DNA of 64,000 nucleotides from an uncultured Candidatus Saccharibacteria bacterium (GTDB lineage: Bacteria; Patescibacteriota; Minisyncoccia; Phycocordibacterales; UBA918): contig CAYGLK010000001.1 in the NCBI GenBank assembly GCA_964350985.1, forward strand, positions 292,528-356,527, written 5' to 3'. The notes under the pieces are model-generated. The model saw only the letters and a program-made list of their open reading frames with translations. It did not search any database and was not told where the DNA came from. How positions within the stretch are numbered: position 1 is the first letter of the stretch; each line of letters opens with the position of its first letter. Below, one piece after another: positions 50,043-59,169 of the stretch. The position numbers and the translations under genes are program-made.

Positions 50043-51764
50043 TTAAACTAAATTCTCAACATCTAGCACTTCTTTTTCAATCCTCTTCTCTGAATCTTGC
50101 AGAGCTTGCTTTAATTCTTCAACCAAAGTTTCTTCTGCTTTTGTCAGTTTCTTTGTTTTCCTAGAATTTACTAACTCGTCCTTCTTCACATCAATCAAGC
50201 TCTGTAGTTTTTTAAATTCTCCAAGCATGACTGTCTCAACTTCTTTTGATTCTTTAGAGACACTTCTTCTAAACTTTCTGAAGTAAGCAATTAAGAAGAA
50301 GGTAGCAATGACTAATAAAACTAGCATTGCTAAGAGCGGAATTAAGACAGAGAGTATATTTATGATAAATGACCCTACTTGTATGTACCCTGGCTCTTGG
50401 ACAGCTATCCTAATAGTATCAGAAATTTCTGATTCAGCACCCGAAGCATCTTTTGCTTTGGCTTTTAGTTCATAAACACCGATAGTAAAAGTGCCTGATG
50501 GTATTAAAGTATATATCCCCTCAGTGTCGGCTACCACATCATAGAATACTGCTTCAGAACCAATTTTTTTAACTTCAATGTTTACTTCAGCTCCAGGTTT
50601 TGTTGTACCTTTAATTACCGGTATTACTTCTTCGTTTATTTCAGATGGATAGTCAGTGAAGACTGGTTTAGCAAAAGAATCTACAGTCAGAGAATAACTA
50701 GCTATTAGACCATTACCAGCCTCATCAATCGCCTCGATTATAATGGCGTAATAGCCAGGAGAGAGATCAGTTAAAACAATTTTTCCAGTCGCTTCCGTAT
50801 CTTCGTACTCATAAGCTTCATCGTTATTAATTTTTATCTTAAACCGTCTTACTTCAGATGATTCATCTTCTACTTTATAAAGTATTGTTTGTTCTGGACT
50901 AGATGAGTCAAATTCTTCGGGTTGAGAGAGTTCAAATAGACTTGGACTTATTGTGTCAACCGCTAACCGATAGTGAGCTACCCTTCCCCATCCGTCTTCA
51001 TTTCTAAATTGTAAGTGAAAGTAAGAGACTCCTTCATCTAGATCATTTAAGGTAATTTCAGTTATTGGAGTCTCGTACACTTTGGTTGGAATAGATGATG
51101 CAGAACTATCTAGCAAAGTCCTGACTCCAGTAATTCCTGCAGGTAGAGTCCAGGTCAGACTAGCATCTTTCTTTTTATACCAAAGTAAAGGATCTGCATG
51201 AGTACCCGAAGAGATGCTTGGCTGTCCAGGTGTATTGGCAGGCGCAACATATTCAACTACTTCTGGCGTCGGGCTAGTAGAAGGCGCTTGAACTGTAAAA
51301 GTTCCTCCGTTCATACCAGAAAGTACATTTGTACCCATGCCATCATTAGCCAAAACTGAACCACCAGTTAAAGACAGTCTAGCTGTAGCTGCAGCTTTTG
51401 TTCTAAAAGTTATATTGAAGATACGTCCAGCGCTTCCGGTGTACCCAGACGGAAGTCCTCCACTGAAGTTAATTGTTCCAGCAGAGTTGGAAAAAGCTGG
51501 TTCAGTAACCCATAAGTTAAAAATTGAATTTGATCTATCAACCGAAACCACTGAAAGTTCGTTAGGATTAAACTTAAGGTTTCCTTCCGCAGCGTTAATA
51601 GGTTTCCCTTGAGTGTTCACCACCACTTGAACAGTAAAAGTTGTTCCAGCTGAATAAACTCCCGTACCTGGTGAAACTGATAGAGTAGCTGCGTCAGCGA
51701 GGAAAGGTGAAATAAACAGTACGATCAGTAGAATTAATTGTGTCAGTTGTGTTTTAAATTTCAT
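50043..51764 (-). CDS. Membrane-anchored cohesin-like/Ig-like protein
   Basis: Signal peptide (ADA), cohesin-like domain (GTTFTVQV...INAAEG.LKF...SIFNLW..EP...FSGG...ANDG.GT), Ig-like modules, C-terminal TM and coiled coil. Start set at MKFKT. Confidence 0.7.
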   Translation of the reverse strand: MKFKTQLTQLILLIVLFISPFLADAATLSVSPGTGVYSAGTTFTVQVVVNTQGKPINAAEGNLKFNPNELSVVSVDRSNSIFNLWVTEPAFSNSAGTINFSGGLPSGYTGSAGRIFNITFRTKAAATARLSLTGGSVLANDGMGTNVLSGMNGGTFTVQAPSTSPTPEVVEYVAPANTPGQPSISSGTHADPLLWYKKKDASLTWTLPAGITGVRTLLDSSASSIPTKVYETPITEITLNDLDEGVSYFHLQFRNEDGWGRVAHYRLAVDTISPSLFELSQPEEFDSSSPEQTILYKVEDESSEVRRFKIKINNDEAYEYEDTEATGKIVLTDLSPGYYAIIIEAIDEAGNGLIASYSLTVDSFAKPVFTDYPSEINEEVIPVIKGTTKPGAEVNIEVKKIGSEAVFYDVVADTEGIYTLIPSGTFTIGVYELKAKAKDASGAESEISDTIRIAVQEPGYIQVGSFIINILSVLIPLLAMLVLLVIATFFLIAYFRKFRRSVSKESKEVETVMLGEFKKLQSLIDVKKDELVNSRKTKKLTKAEETLVEELKQALQDSEKRIEKEVLDVENLV

Positions 51765-51771
51765 ACTAATT

Positions 51772-52839
51772 CTATTCAATTATTTCTTCATCATCTTCAG
51801 TTTCGTTTTCTCCTGTATCCTCGTTTTCAAATTCACTTTTTCTTTTTCTTTTCTTTCGCCAATACCAGACTGATAATAGAATTATAAGGACTAGAATAAC
51901 TCCAAGAGCACCGAAGAAGATATAAGTATAAAGCTCATTTTTAGAAAGAGTTTGTTTAGATTCTTCTGGTACATATGTCGCTACGTATTCGTTTCCTGCT
52001 TTATCAATTGCTCTAACTCTAATAATACTGTTCAGAGTTTGATCTTTTAATACATAAGGACTTTCAGCTTTTATCCAAGGTACTCCTACTCCGCCCCAGT
52101 TAAACTGATTGAACTCGAGTACCGGCTCTTCCATCACTTCATAGTGACTAATACCTGTTTGTTTATCACTTGTAGAAAAAACGATAAAACTCTTGCCGCT
52201 AAAATAAATTCCTTCTTCATCTTTGACTAGCTCCAAGCTAAAACTTTCTGGAGGAATATTGTCTTCACTCACAGCTTCTCTCCAATCATCAACAATGCCT
52301 CCTCCAGCGTCTCTATCAAGGGTAAATTTACCACCAAGAGTTCGAAGTGGGGCTTCTGTTCCTTGGCCATCATTAAGCAGGGCCATTGTTTCTGGAGCAA
52401 AATCTACCCTAGCCTCTGTTTCGTTAGAGCCACCAACCTGCATCCCAGGTGATCTAAAAATAATCTCGGCCACAACGTTGGTTAGTCTCGGATCTCCTTC
52501 TACACGACCACAGTAACCGTTTGGAATACCACCCGCAAAGGTAATTGTTCTTTCTTCCTTATTAATAGTTGGCGGTTCAATCCAAACACTAAAAATTGAT
52601 TTACCAATTGACACATCAACCGGTTGAATATTTTCTGTATAGGTAACAGTAGCGTCGATAGTATTAATACATTCACCAGCTTCTTGATCAGGCATTAACC
52701 TAACAGCTGTTGTGATTGCGTCGCCTCTTTTTAAAACGCCAACACCAGGGTCAATATACAAAGTTGCAGCCTGAGTCGTAGATGCAACAAAAAACAAACC
52801 TAAAATAAACAAAGACGAGCTCTTAAACATATTAAACAT
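51772..52839 (-). CDS. Membrane-anchored cohesin-like protein
   Basis: Signal peptide, cohesin-like domain (SIFSVW..PP...FAGG.PNG...LNDG.GT), Ig-like VRAIDKAGN, TM followed by RKKRKRK. Confidence 0.7.
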   Translation of the reverse strand: MFNMFKSSSLFILGLFFVASTTQAATLYIDPGVGVLKRGDAITTAVRLMPDQEAGECINTIDATVTYTENIQPVDVSIGKSIFSVWIEPPTINKEERTITFAGGIPNGYCGRVEGDPRLTNVVAEIIFRSPGMQVGGSNETEARVDFAPETMALLNDGQGTEAPLRTLGGKFTLDRDAGGGIVDDWREAVSEDNIPPESFSLELVKDEEGIYFSGKSFIVFSTSDKQTGISHYEVMEEPVLEFNQFNWGGVGVPWIKAESPYVLKDQTLNSIIRVRAIDKAGNEYVATYVPEESKQTLSKNELYTYIFFGALGVILVLIILLSVWYWRKKRKRKSEFENEDTGENETEDDEEIIE

Positions 52840-52884
52840 TGTAACAAGAAAGCCGAACTTAGATCCGCGCTGTACACAGAAAAC

Positions 52885-52920
52885 AAAAAACCCGTCTCGT
52901 GGTGGGAGATAGGGTTTCTT
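52885..52920 (-). terminator. Terminator-like hairpin
   Basis: AAAAAACCC..TCTC..GAGA..GGGTTT downstream of 52953..54107, with a T-run on the minus strand. Confidence 0.5.
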
Positions 52921-52952
52921 GCGTTAACTCCAAGCTTGGAGCCAATATTACT

Positions 52953-54107
52953 TTAGAATACTGGCGTTGCTACATATGTCAGTGTAGCTGTGTAGTCGTC
53001 ACCGGCTTCTTGCAAAGCGGTTATTTCAATAGTATACCCGACTCGAGTAGTACCAATTCCTTGTGTAGTTCCATCTACTGGACCATTGTGTCTAAATACT
53101 TCAACCGGAGTTGTAGATGCAGACACGTACAAACGTCCTGATCCCAGAACATCATACAAATCTGTAAGAGATGGTGAGATCGTAGCGTCGTTTGTAGTAA
53201 TACCCCAGTGACCGTAAGTATCTTCATCCCCCAATACTACAACTGGTCCGTCCCATAATGTAGGAGTGGTGGTGTAGCTACCTTCGACGAAACCGTCAAT
53301 ATCAGCACCTGTTGCTGAAGTAAGTTGTTGATCAGTGATTACAGTAACCACAAATCCATTTGATGCATTTGTACTTACTTGTAGGTCTTGAGCAGCAGTC
53401 TTAGCGTTTCCGTCTGACAGAATACCGAAAGGTATTTCTGTGGTTGTAGATGTACTAGTAACTGTATCTCCATTTACTGTGAGGTCTGCATCCACACCAA
53501 GAACGGTGAAATCGAACACAGTCTCAACAGAAGCAGAAACAGTAACAACATCTAGAATTACTACTCGAGTGGCACCAGTATCAACTGAAGCCCCTAGTGT
53601 CAAAAGAATCTCGTAAGAGTCAGCTGACGGGTTAGTGATCTGGTTTGTACCTGCTCCACCTGCTGTGGCGTTGGTACCAATCTCGATAGTAACTGTAGCA
53701 CCTGCGCCGATAGTATCTGTACCACTAGTGATGTCGATAACTGTACCGGCGGCAGTTACGTTCCAATCTCCCGCACTGGCAGCGCCATCAATCAAATCTT
53801 CATCAACACCATTAACCGCAAGGTCAAGGTCTTGAGCAACTAGACTGTCGATACCGGCAAAACTAGTTGTTCCGAATTCAATTGATATTGTCTCTCCAGC
53901 GGCTAAGCCTGATGGAGTGACAAATGAAAGAGTGTGGTTAGACTCTTCCAAAGGTTCTGAGGTTGAGAGAGTGTTACTAAAGGAGGTGACATTCGCAGCT
54001 TCCGCATTTGGGAATAAAGGTACTCCTACTGTCCATAAAATGGTAGCGAGAGTAACAACTGCAGCGATTGCTTGGAGCAACTTGAACGTTGTATTCGTTC
54101 TAATCAT
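52953..54107 (-). CDS. Secreted two-domain protein, putative major fibre/surface subunit with WxL/pilin-like C-terminus
   Basis: Signal peptide (AEA), Thr/Gly-rich, no Cys, ends QEAGDDYTATLTYVATPVF. Its C-terminal domain aligns by eye with that of the 2056-aa protein. It has its own promoter, leader and terminator. Confidence 0.65.
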   Translation of the reverse strand: MIRTNTTFKLLQAIAAVVTLATILWTVGVPLFPNAEAANVTSFSNTLSTSEPLEESNHTLSFVTPSGLAAGETISIEFGTTSFAGIDSLVAQDLDLAVNGVDEDLIDGAASAGDWNVTAAGTVIDITSGTDTIGAGATVTIEIGTNATAGGAGTNQITNPSADSYEILLTLGASVDTGATRVVILDVVTVSASVETVFDFTVLGVDADLTVNGDTVTSTSTTTEIPFGILSDGNAKTAAQDLQVSTNASNGFVVTVITDQQLTSATGADIDGFVEGSYTTTPTLWDGPVVVLGDEDTYGHWGITTNDATISPSLTDLYDVLGSGRLYVSASTTPVEVFRHNGPVDGTTQGIGTTRVGYTIEITALQEAGDDYTATLTYVATPVF

Positions 54108-54330
54108 GTTGCTCTACGTTGTATTAGTTTTTCAGCTTAGATATACGTCGCGACCGAAAACTAAATGAGCAGATACTCATGCAGGAACAGGTCTCCACTC
54201 CTGTTTCCCTATATGTGCGCTCAAAAACATACCTACTTTGAAACACTCGGCTGAAGTGATCAAATACAGCTACGCCGTATTTGCAGTAAGACTAATTTCT
54301 TACCCCCAAAATAAGTACCTCTTCATTGTA
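54108..54330 (-). promoter_or_regulatory. -10 box and long structured 5' leader (candidate cis-regulatory RNA)
   Basis: TACAAT at 54330-54325, followed by a four-way junction and three further hairpins before the ATG at 54107. Confidence 0.55.
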
Positions 54331-54467
54331 ACTTTAATTATTTTTTAGTCGGTTACTTTATACACATTATTTAGTACTTCTGAGCCAGAAAAGTAGTCGA
54401 TTTCTCAAAATAATAATTGCATTGAGATTTTAAAACTATTAATCACTTTTTGAGAGGTCAATAATAC

Positions 54468-54636
54468 TTTATCTATCCTCAGTGATAGATAAAGTGCTGT
54501 AAAGTTTTGCAGAAGATTAGACATTCTCCACTTCATATTTATAGATGATATAAAAAATTCAGATCGTATCATGTATGATACGATCTGAATTTTTTATCTA
54601 TCTATCATTGAAGATAGATAGATAGATAGATAGATA
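54468..54636. repeat. Palindrome cluster plus (GATA)6 microsatellite
   Basis: TTTATCTATCCTCAGTGATAGATAAA (54468-54493), a perfect palindrome with 23-bp arms (54550-54597), and GATA x6 (54613-54636). Confidence 0.8.
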
Positions 54637-54661
54637 TTTTCTTATCTCTAAGTTCCAAAGA

Positions 54662-54697
54662 AAACAAAACCTTTCACTCGACTAAAAGGTTTTGTTT
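54662..54697 (-). terminator. Terminator-like hairpin closing the repeat array
   Basis: AAACAAAACCTTT-CACTCGACTA-AAAGGTTTTGTTT. Confidence 0.6.
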
Positions 54698-54698
54698 A

Positions 54699-55060
54699 GT
54701 GTAGCGACTACTACGAATTTAGTTCCGGATTCGACCTACCCCAGGGAGAATCCCTGGAACTCGCAGTATAAAAGCTTCGTAAAAACAGTATTCTCTATCC
54801 GGTCCAGTTTAAATGAGTAAATGTCCGTAAGGTCATATTACGAATTTAGCTCCCGATTTTTTCTCCGCCAGAGAAAATCGCTGGAGCTCAAAGTCCAACG
54901 CTAAACAAAGTCAGACGAAGTTACCCCGTCCAATTTAAATGAGTAGACGAGCGTAGCGACTACTACGAATTTAGTTCCCAATTTGTCCCTCCCTAGGGCA
55001 AATTGCTGGAACTCGAAAACCAAAGCTAAGTAAAATCTTTCAAAATTACCCGGTCCAATT
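54699..55060. repeat. Three-copy ~125-bp tandem hairpin element with duplicated gene 3' ends
   Basis: Core ACGAATTTAG(T/C)TCC-[hairpin]-CTGGA(A/G)CTC occurs three times. NWTG-stop-encoding 15-mers lie at 54795, 54921 and 55046. Confidence 0.88.
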
Positions 55061-56161
55061 AAAAAGTAAGATAGAAAAATCCTCAATCCCCACTCTTGCG
55101 TTTCCATTTATATCAGCTGGAGGATTTGAATTACCACCGTTAGTTCCCCACCAAAAAATCAAAATTGAGAAGTCGACTAAGTTTACTTTTCCGTCCCGGT
55201 TAAGGTCAGAGGGTCTAGTTACTTGCCCATCCACACCCACAAAAAGCTGTAGCGCTGAGCTAAAGCTACTTTGCGTAGTTAAAGGTGGATTGCCAGTTAC
55301 GGAACGAGCTCTTAGTGTATGTTCAGCAACGCGTAGTGATCCTGTATTTAATGAAATAGACCAAGCACCACTACTACTAGAAGTTGCTCTTTCAATTCTT
55401 TCACTGTTATTTACATGGAGTTCAATTCTGGCATTTGGTACAGACTGACCACTTACAGTAACCACGTCACCTGGATTTACATTTTGGTTAGCTACCCTAA
55501 CTGTCGGCGGGAGAATAATTCCAGATATGTTTGTCACTGCTCCTTGAGTAACATCAAAAGTTGTATTTAAAGTAATTGATCTTACATTCTGTGAGTCAGT
55601 TGACCAAAAACCTAAGGATGAAGTTCCTGGCGAAGCATCAGTTGTAAAATCAAAACGACCATCTGTCCCTACTCTTACTGTACCAACAGTTACTGTATCT
55701 CTGAGAATATTTAAAGTTCTTCCAGGATAAGCAAGACCGGTAACATTTATGACGGTGTCTCCAAGCTGGGTATTACTTCCTCCTCCTCCACTACTTCCAC
55801 CACCACTACTTCCACCTCCTCCTGAACCAGCTGGTTCAATCTTACAGATAGCTGAGCAAAAATCTCCATTATTATTATTTCCATCGTCACACTCTTCTGT
55901 AAACTGAGTCTGTAAAATACCATCTCCGCAATACGGACCAAAAAAACATGTCGGACTACATTGTCGACCAGTTATTGTCGTACTATAAACACCAGTCTCT
56001 CCAGGAACATCACATTGTTCTCCGGCGTCTACCAAAGCGTTACCACAGATACTTAAGGTTAGTGTTGTTGTAGCAACACCCTCAGTAGCTGCGCTTCCTA
56101 TATTTACTTGTAAAAAAAGGCTTGGAAGTAATATTGCGATTAACAGTAAGTAATATCGCAT
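55046..56161 (-). CDS. Secreted protein with Myxococcus-type Cys-rich repeats, Gly linker, Ig-like domains and C-terminal dockerin-like domain
   Basis: CGN..VD.GEQCD, CGDG......EECDDGN...GD.CS..C..E, poly-G/S linker, DLNRDGKVNLVDFS and DINGNARVGIEDFS. Start set at MRYYL. Confidence 0.75.
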   Translation of the reverse strand: MRYYLLLIAILLPSLFLQVNIGSAATEGVATTTLTLSICGNALVDAGEQCDVPGETGVYSTTITGRQCSPTCFFGPYCGDGILQTQFTEECDDGNNNNGDFCSAICKIEPAGSGGGGSSGGGSSGGGGSNTQLGDTVINVTGLAYPGRTLNILRDTVTVGTVRVGTDGRFDFTTDASPGTSSLGFWSTDSQNVRSITLNTTFDVTQGAVTNISGIILPPTVRVANQNVNPGDVVTVSGQSVPNARIELHVNNSERIERATSSSSGAWSISLNTGSLRVAEHTLRARSVTGNPPLTTQSSFSSALQLFVGVDGQVTRPSDLNRDGKVNLVDFSILIFWWGTNGGNSNPPADINGNARVGIEDFSILLFNWTG

Positions 56162-56165
56162 AGGC

Positions 56166-57122
56166 TTACTCTGACTTAGGACGATTTTGTCGTCGATTGT
56201 AAACAAAGTAAAGAATCAAAATAATAAGTGAGAATATTGGTAACAGTACAGATATCTTATGAGGGATAGACAACCCACTAAAACCAAAACCAGCTGCCTG
56301 CAGTGTGCCGTACGGTAAAATACTCAAGCTAATCTCACCCTCTTGTTTAACTTCATCTGAGTTATAAATTTTATAACGCGCGATATAGTTACCAGTCGGC
56401 AATCTTGTCGGTAAGTAAGCAAAAATTTCTTCGGTTGCGTACGGCTCGATTTTTTCAACAGAACCTTTATTTCTCGTTTCTTCAAGAAGAACGTTGCCAG
56501 CAAAATCGAATATTCTAAACTCAACTTTTGAAGGAGAGATATCTACGTTACCAGTATTTTCAATCAACATTGAAAAATTAATCTTTCCTGGGAAATATAA
56601 CCAACCGAATTTATGACCTTCATTTAAATCTGAGAGACCAATCTTTCTAACTCTAAAGTCTTCAATCTCTCTATCAATAACTGTTAGGTTAATATCAACT
56701 TGAGCTCCCAAAGAGATACTAACAGCTCCAGCTGAAACCTGGTCGTCATCTGGAACAGTCTTAATACGGATCACTCCACCGTAATCTTTAAAATCAACAT
56801 CCTTAGGAACCTTCACTCTTACTGTCATAGGGACCTTCTGCTGGCCTCTAGGCAGCGGTATAGAGGTTCCTTCGACGATCTCTATCCAACTGGCTATCTC
56901 AGGAGCATCGACTGTTACAAGCGCTTTTTGGGGCACGTCAGGGTTTCCACGAACAAGTAGAATTTGTTGTTCGTAAGTAGAATTTTTAGTAAGGCTAGTA
57001 TTACGAACGTATGGCGGTGTTATACCAAAGCCAGCCTGCGCAATTTCTGCAGACAAAACAAACAACAAAAGACAAATGCAAATGACCTTGTTCATATAAT
57101 AACTACCGCTAGTTTTCGACAC
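56166..57122 (-). CDS. DUF916/DUF3324-like membrane-anchored surface protein
   Basis: Signal peptide (AQA), FGITP...W.....VPMTVRVKVPKD....Y.G.I, IENTGNVDISP, C-terminal TM. Start is GTG 57122 or ATG 57095. Confidence 0.6.
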   Translation of the reverse strand: MSKTSGSYYMNKVICICLLLFVLSAEIAQAGFGITPPYVRNTSLTKNSTYEQQILLVRGNPDVPQKALVTVDAPEIASWIEIVEGTSIPLPRGQQKVPMTVRVKVPKDVDFKDYGGVIRIKTVPDDDQVSAGAVSISLGAQVDINLTVIDREIEDFRVRKIGLSDLNEGHKFGWLYFPGKINFSMLIENTGNVDISPSKVEFRIFDFAGNVLLEETRNKGSVEKIEPYATEEIFAYLPTRLPTGNYIARYKIYNSDEVKQEGEISLSILPYGTLQAAGFGFSGLSIPHKISVLLPIFSLIILILYFVYNRRQNRPKSE

Positions 57123-57150
57123 TTATCAATTATCGAAAAAAAATCAATAA

Positions 57151-57191
57151 AAAGCAACAACCACTGTCTGGATAACAGTGGTTGTTGCTTT
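57151..57191 (-). terminator. Intrinsic terminator
   Basis: AAAGCAACAACCACTGT-CTGGATA-ACAGTGGTTGTTGCTTT. Confidence 0.75.
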
Positions 57192-57207
57192 AAAACTTTT
57201 AGTTATT

Positions 57208-59073
57208 TTAGTACCAAGTACTCGACGCTGCGGTCACTGCGTAGAAAGTGTTCAGTCCTGTGTATGCTCCAGCGAGAGTGATTGCTCCCGGAACTGCAAT
57301 ACCCCAGTAAGTTACTCCTTGAGTGTAAGTCACTGTAGAAGTAGACTTCGGTACTCTTAGTTCCAGAAGTTGCGGAGTTGATGAAGACAGAGCTTGACCA
57401 CTTCCGTAACTAACTGAGCTAGTTGCAAACTGTTGACTAAAGTCAGGGATTGTAGAGGTCGCTGAACTTTCACAATCGTTCCCAACTGAGAAAGTAGGAC
57501 ACATTGCTTCCCCTTCAACGTTTTGGTTTAGTCCAGTGTTACCGACTGATTCAATTGTAGTTGTTGCTGTAAGTGAACCTGAGTCTTGTCCTGGCTCTAG
57601 AGCTCCATAAGGAATCTCTGCTGTTACCAAATCAATGGCTGGGAAACTGAATAGTGTCACTGGGTTTGAACTTGTAGAAATTGTACCAGTTGCATTGTTA
57701 TCGTCTACTCCAGCAATTCCTGCAGTCCATGAATCATTGTTGAAGAAAGCAGTTGCATCTGTAGGGTCAGCAACGAACCATAGTGGGAAGGTACATGACC
57801 ACTCTAGGGTTGGGTCAGTTGTACCAGTACAGCTAGTAGATGATGCTGTACAAACCAGGTTCCAAGTTGTTGTTGCTACTCCACTTGGGTAACAGTTGTT
57901 TGGGTTGTAAGCACCAGCTAAACCATTACATGTAGATGTGCCGACTCCACTTCTAAGTACTGATGCTGAGTATCCTGTAATCTCGCTACCGGCTGAAGCG
58001 TTCTCACAACTGTTCGCGTCTGAAACTGTAAAGTCGAGAGTGAATCCAGTAGTTTCTCCAGCTGGTACTGAAAGTGAAATATCTAATCCTCCATTTATAG
58101 ATATTGATGCCGGACCAACTGTTGGAGCTACGTTATTTACTGTGTAACCAATGTCAGTTCCTTGGAATCCACCAGAAGCTGCGTGATTGTATTCATCTAC
58201 TATAAATACGTAGGCAAAGTAGATATCGTCTGGAATAACTGATGGGAGAGTAAATGTTGCTCCAGCGTTTGACGTGACTGAGCCAGTAGTACTTGCTAGA
58301 ACTCCACTTGGACAATCTCTGGTTGTTGGGTTGAAGTCGTTTCCAACACAAACATAAAGGAAGATATCATCTGGACCTCTAACTGTGTTTGGGTCAGCAG
58401 ATACTGAAGTGAAGTTTAGAACTGCACCTGGGTCCACTGGAGACGTGCTCGTAGCTGACGTTAGAGTTGGTCTAAAGTTAACATGGAAAGGAGATGAGTT
58501 TGTTGCATTTAGTCCCTGAGAAGAAGTGTTGTTACATCGAGGGTTAACAGGGTCATCGTCACAGACCCATCCGTACCACTCTAAAACTTCCCCACTAAAG
58601 TCTCCGACTTCAGTAGTTGTTGTAGAAACAATTGCTTGAGCTAGAGCTGCTGTCGCAGTTGAAACTCCCCATTGCACACCACCAACACAAGAAGGCGGCG
58701 CAGTTCCCAGTACCAAGAGAGACGCTGCAGCAGCTGGGGTTGGAGTTGCACTTCCACTACAGATAATCATAAAGTATGGAGCATCTCCAGAGTTGTCTGC
58801 TCTTCCTACCCAAGAAACGTTTGATCCTGAGTTGGTTGGAGTACCAGACGATGACTCAAATTGCTCAACTGCGAAATCAATCCACTGTGGAGGAGTGTTC
58901 AAAACAGTGATGGTTGTAGTAGCAGTCTGTGCTTCTACTTTAAGTAGTTCGGTTTTACCTACATTAAAAATGAAAGCAAAAACAAACACTAAAACACCTG
59001 ATAAAACTGCAGCGATGGTAATCTTCCCTGCAGTTTGGATATAATTTTTTTTCTCTACTAAATTGTACAACAT
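57208..59073 (-). CDS. Secreted Thr/Ser-rich, Cys-paired multidomain surface protein
   Basis: N-terminal TM/signal, many Cys pairs. C-terminal domain IPYGALEPG...GNT...TYWGIAVP...YTG.NTF.A is shared with 63515..64000. Confidence 0.7.
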   Translation of the reverse strand: MLYNLVEKKNYIQTAGKITIAAVLSGVLVFVFAFIFNVGKTELLKVEAQTATTTITVLNTPPQWIDFAVEQFESSSGTPTNSGSNVSWVGRADNSGDAPYFMIICSGSATPTPAAAASLLVLGTAPPSCVGGVQWGVSTATAALAQAIVSTTTTEVGDFSGEVLEWYGWVCDDDPVNPRCNNTSSQGLNATNSSPFHVNFRPTLTSATSTSPVDPGAVLNFTSVSADPNTVRGPDDIFLYVCVGNDFNPTTRDCPSGVLASTTGSVTSNAGATFTLPSVIPDDIYFAYVFIVDEYNHAASGGFQGTDIGYTVNNVAPTVGPASISINGGLDISLSVPAGETTGFTLDFTVSDANSCENASAGSEITGYSASVLRSGVGTSTCNGLAGAYNPNNCYPSGVATTTWNLVCTASSTSCTGTTDPTLEWSCTFPLWFVADPTDATAFFNNDSWTAGIAGVDDNNATGTISTSSNPVTLFSFPAIDLVTAEIPYGALEPGQDSGSLTATTTIESVGNTGLNQNVEGEAMCPTFSVGNDCESSATSTIPDFSQQFATSSVSYGSGQALSSSTPQLLELRVPKSTSTVTYTQGVTYWGIAVPGAITLAGAYTGLNTFYAVTAASSTWY

Positions 59074-59169
59074 AATAATGAGCTATTTTTAATATTTTTT
59101 ACTTCATCTACTATTGTATCTAATTATGCATCTACTTATGCACCAGTTATACACATTCTTGTTAACAGT

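Noticed and set aside
54613-54636. (GATA)6 as a phase-variation switch
   Set aside because: It is intergenic, about 280 bp from the nearest predicted -10 box, and looks like slippage of a palindrome arm; no evidence of a regulatory position.
54699-55060. CRISPR or integron attC interpretation
   Set aside because: Units are too long and divergent for CRISPR and the spacers resemble each other. No RYYYAAC/GTTRRRY ends, gene cassettes or integrase were seen.
54901-55107. 68-aa ORF across the repeat units
   Set aside because: It overlaps the dockerin gene end in another frame and runs through hairpin repeats; likely spurious.
55779-55826. CCT/CCA-rich low-complexity repeat
   Set aside because: It simply encodes the Gly/Ser linker of the dockerin protein.
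48612-56161. Cellulosome
   Set aside because: No glycoside hydrolase or CBM-bearing enzymes and no multi-cohesin scaffoldin were seen.
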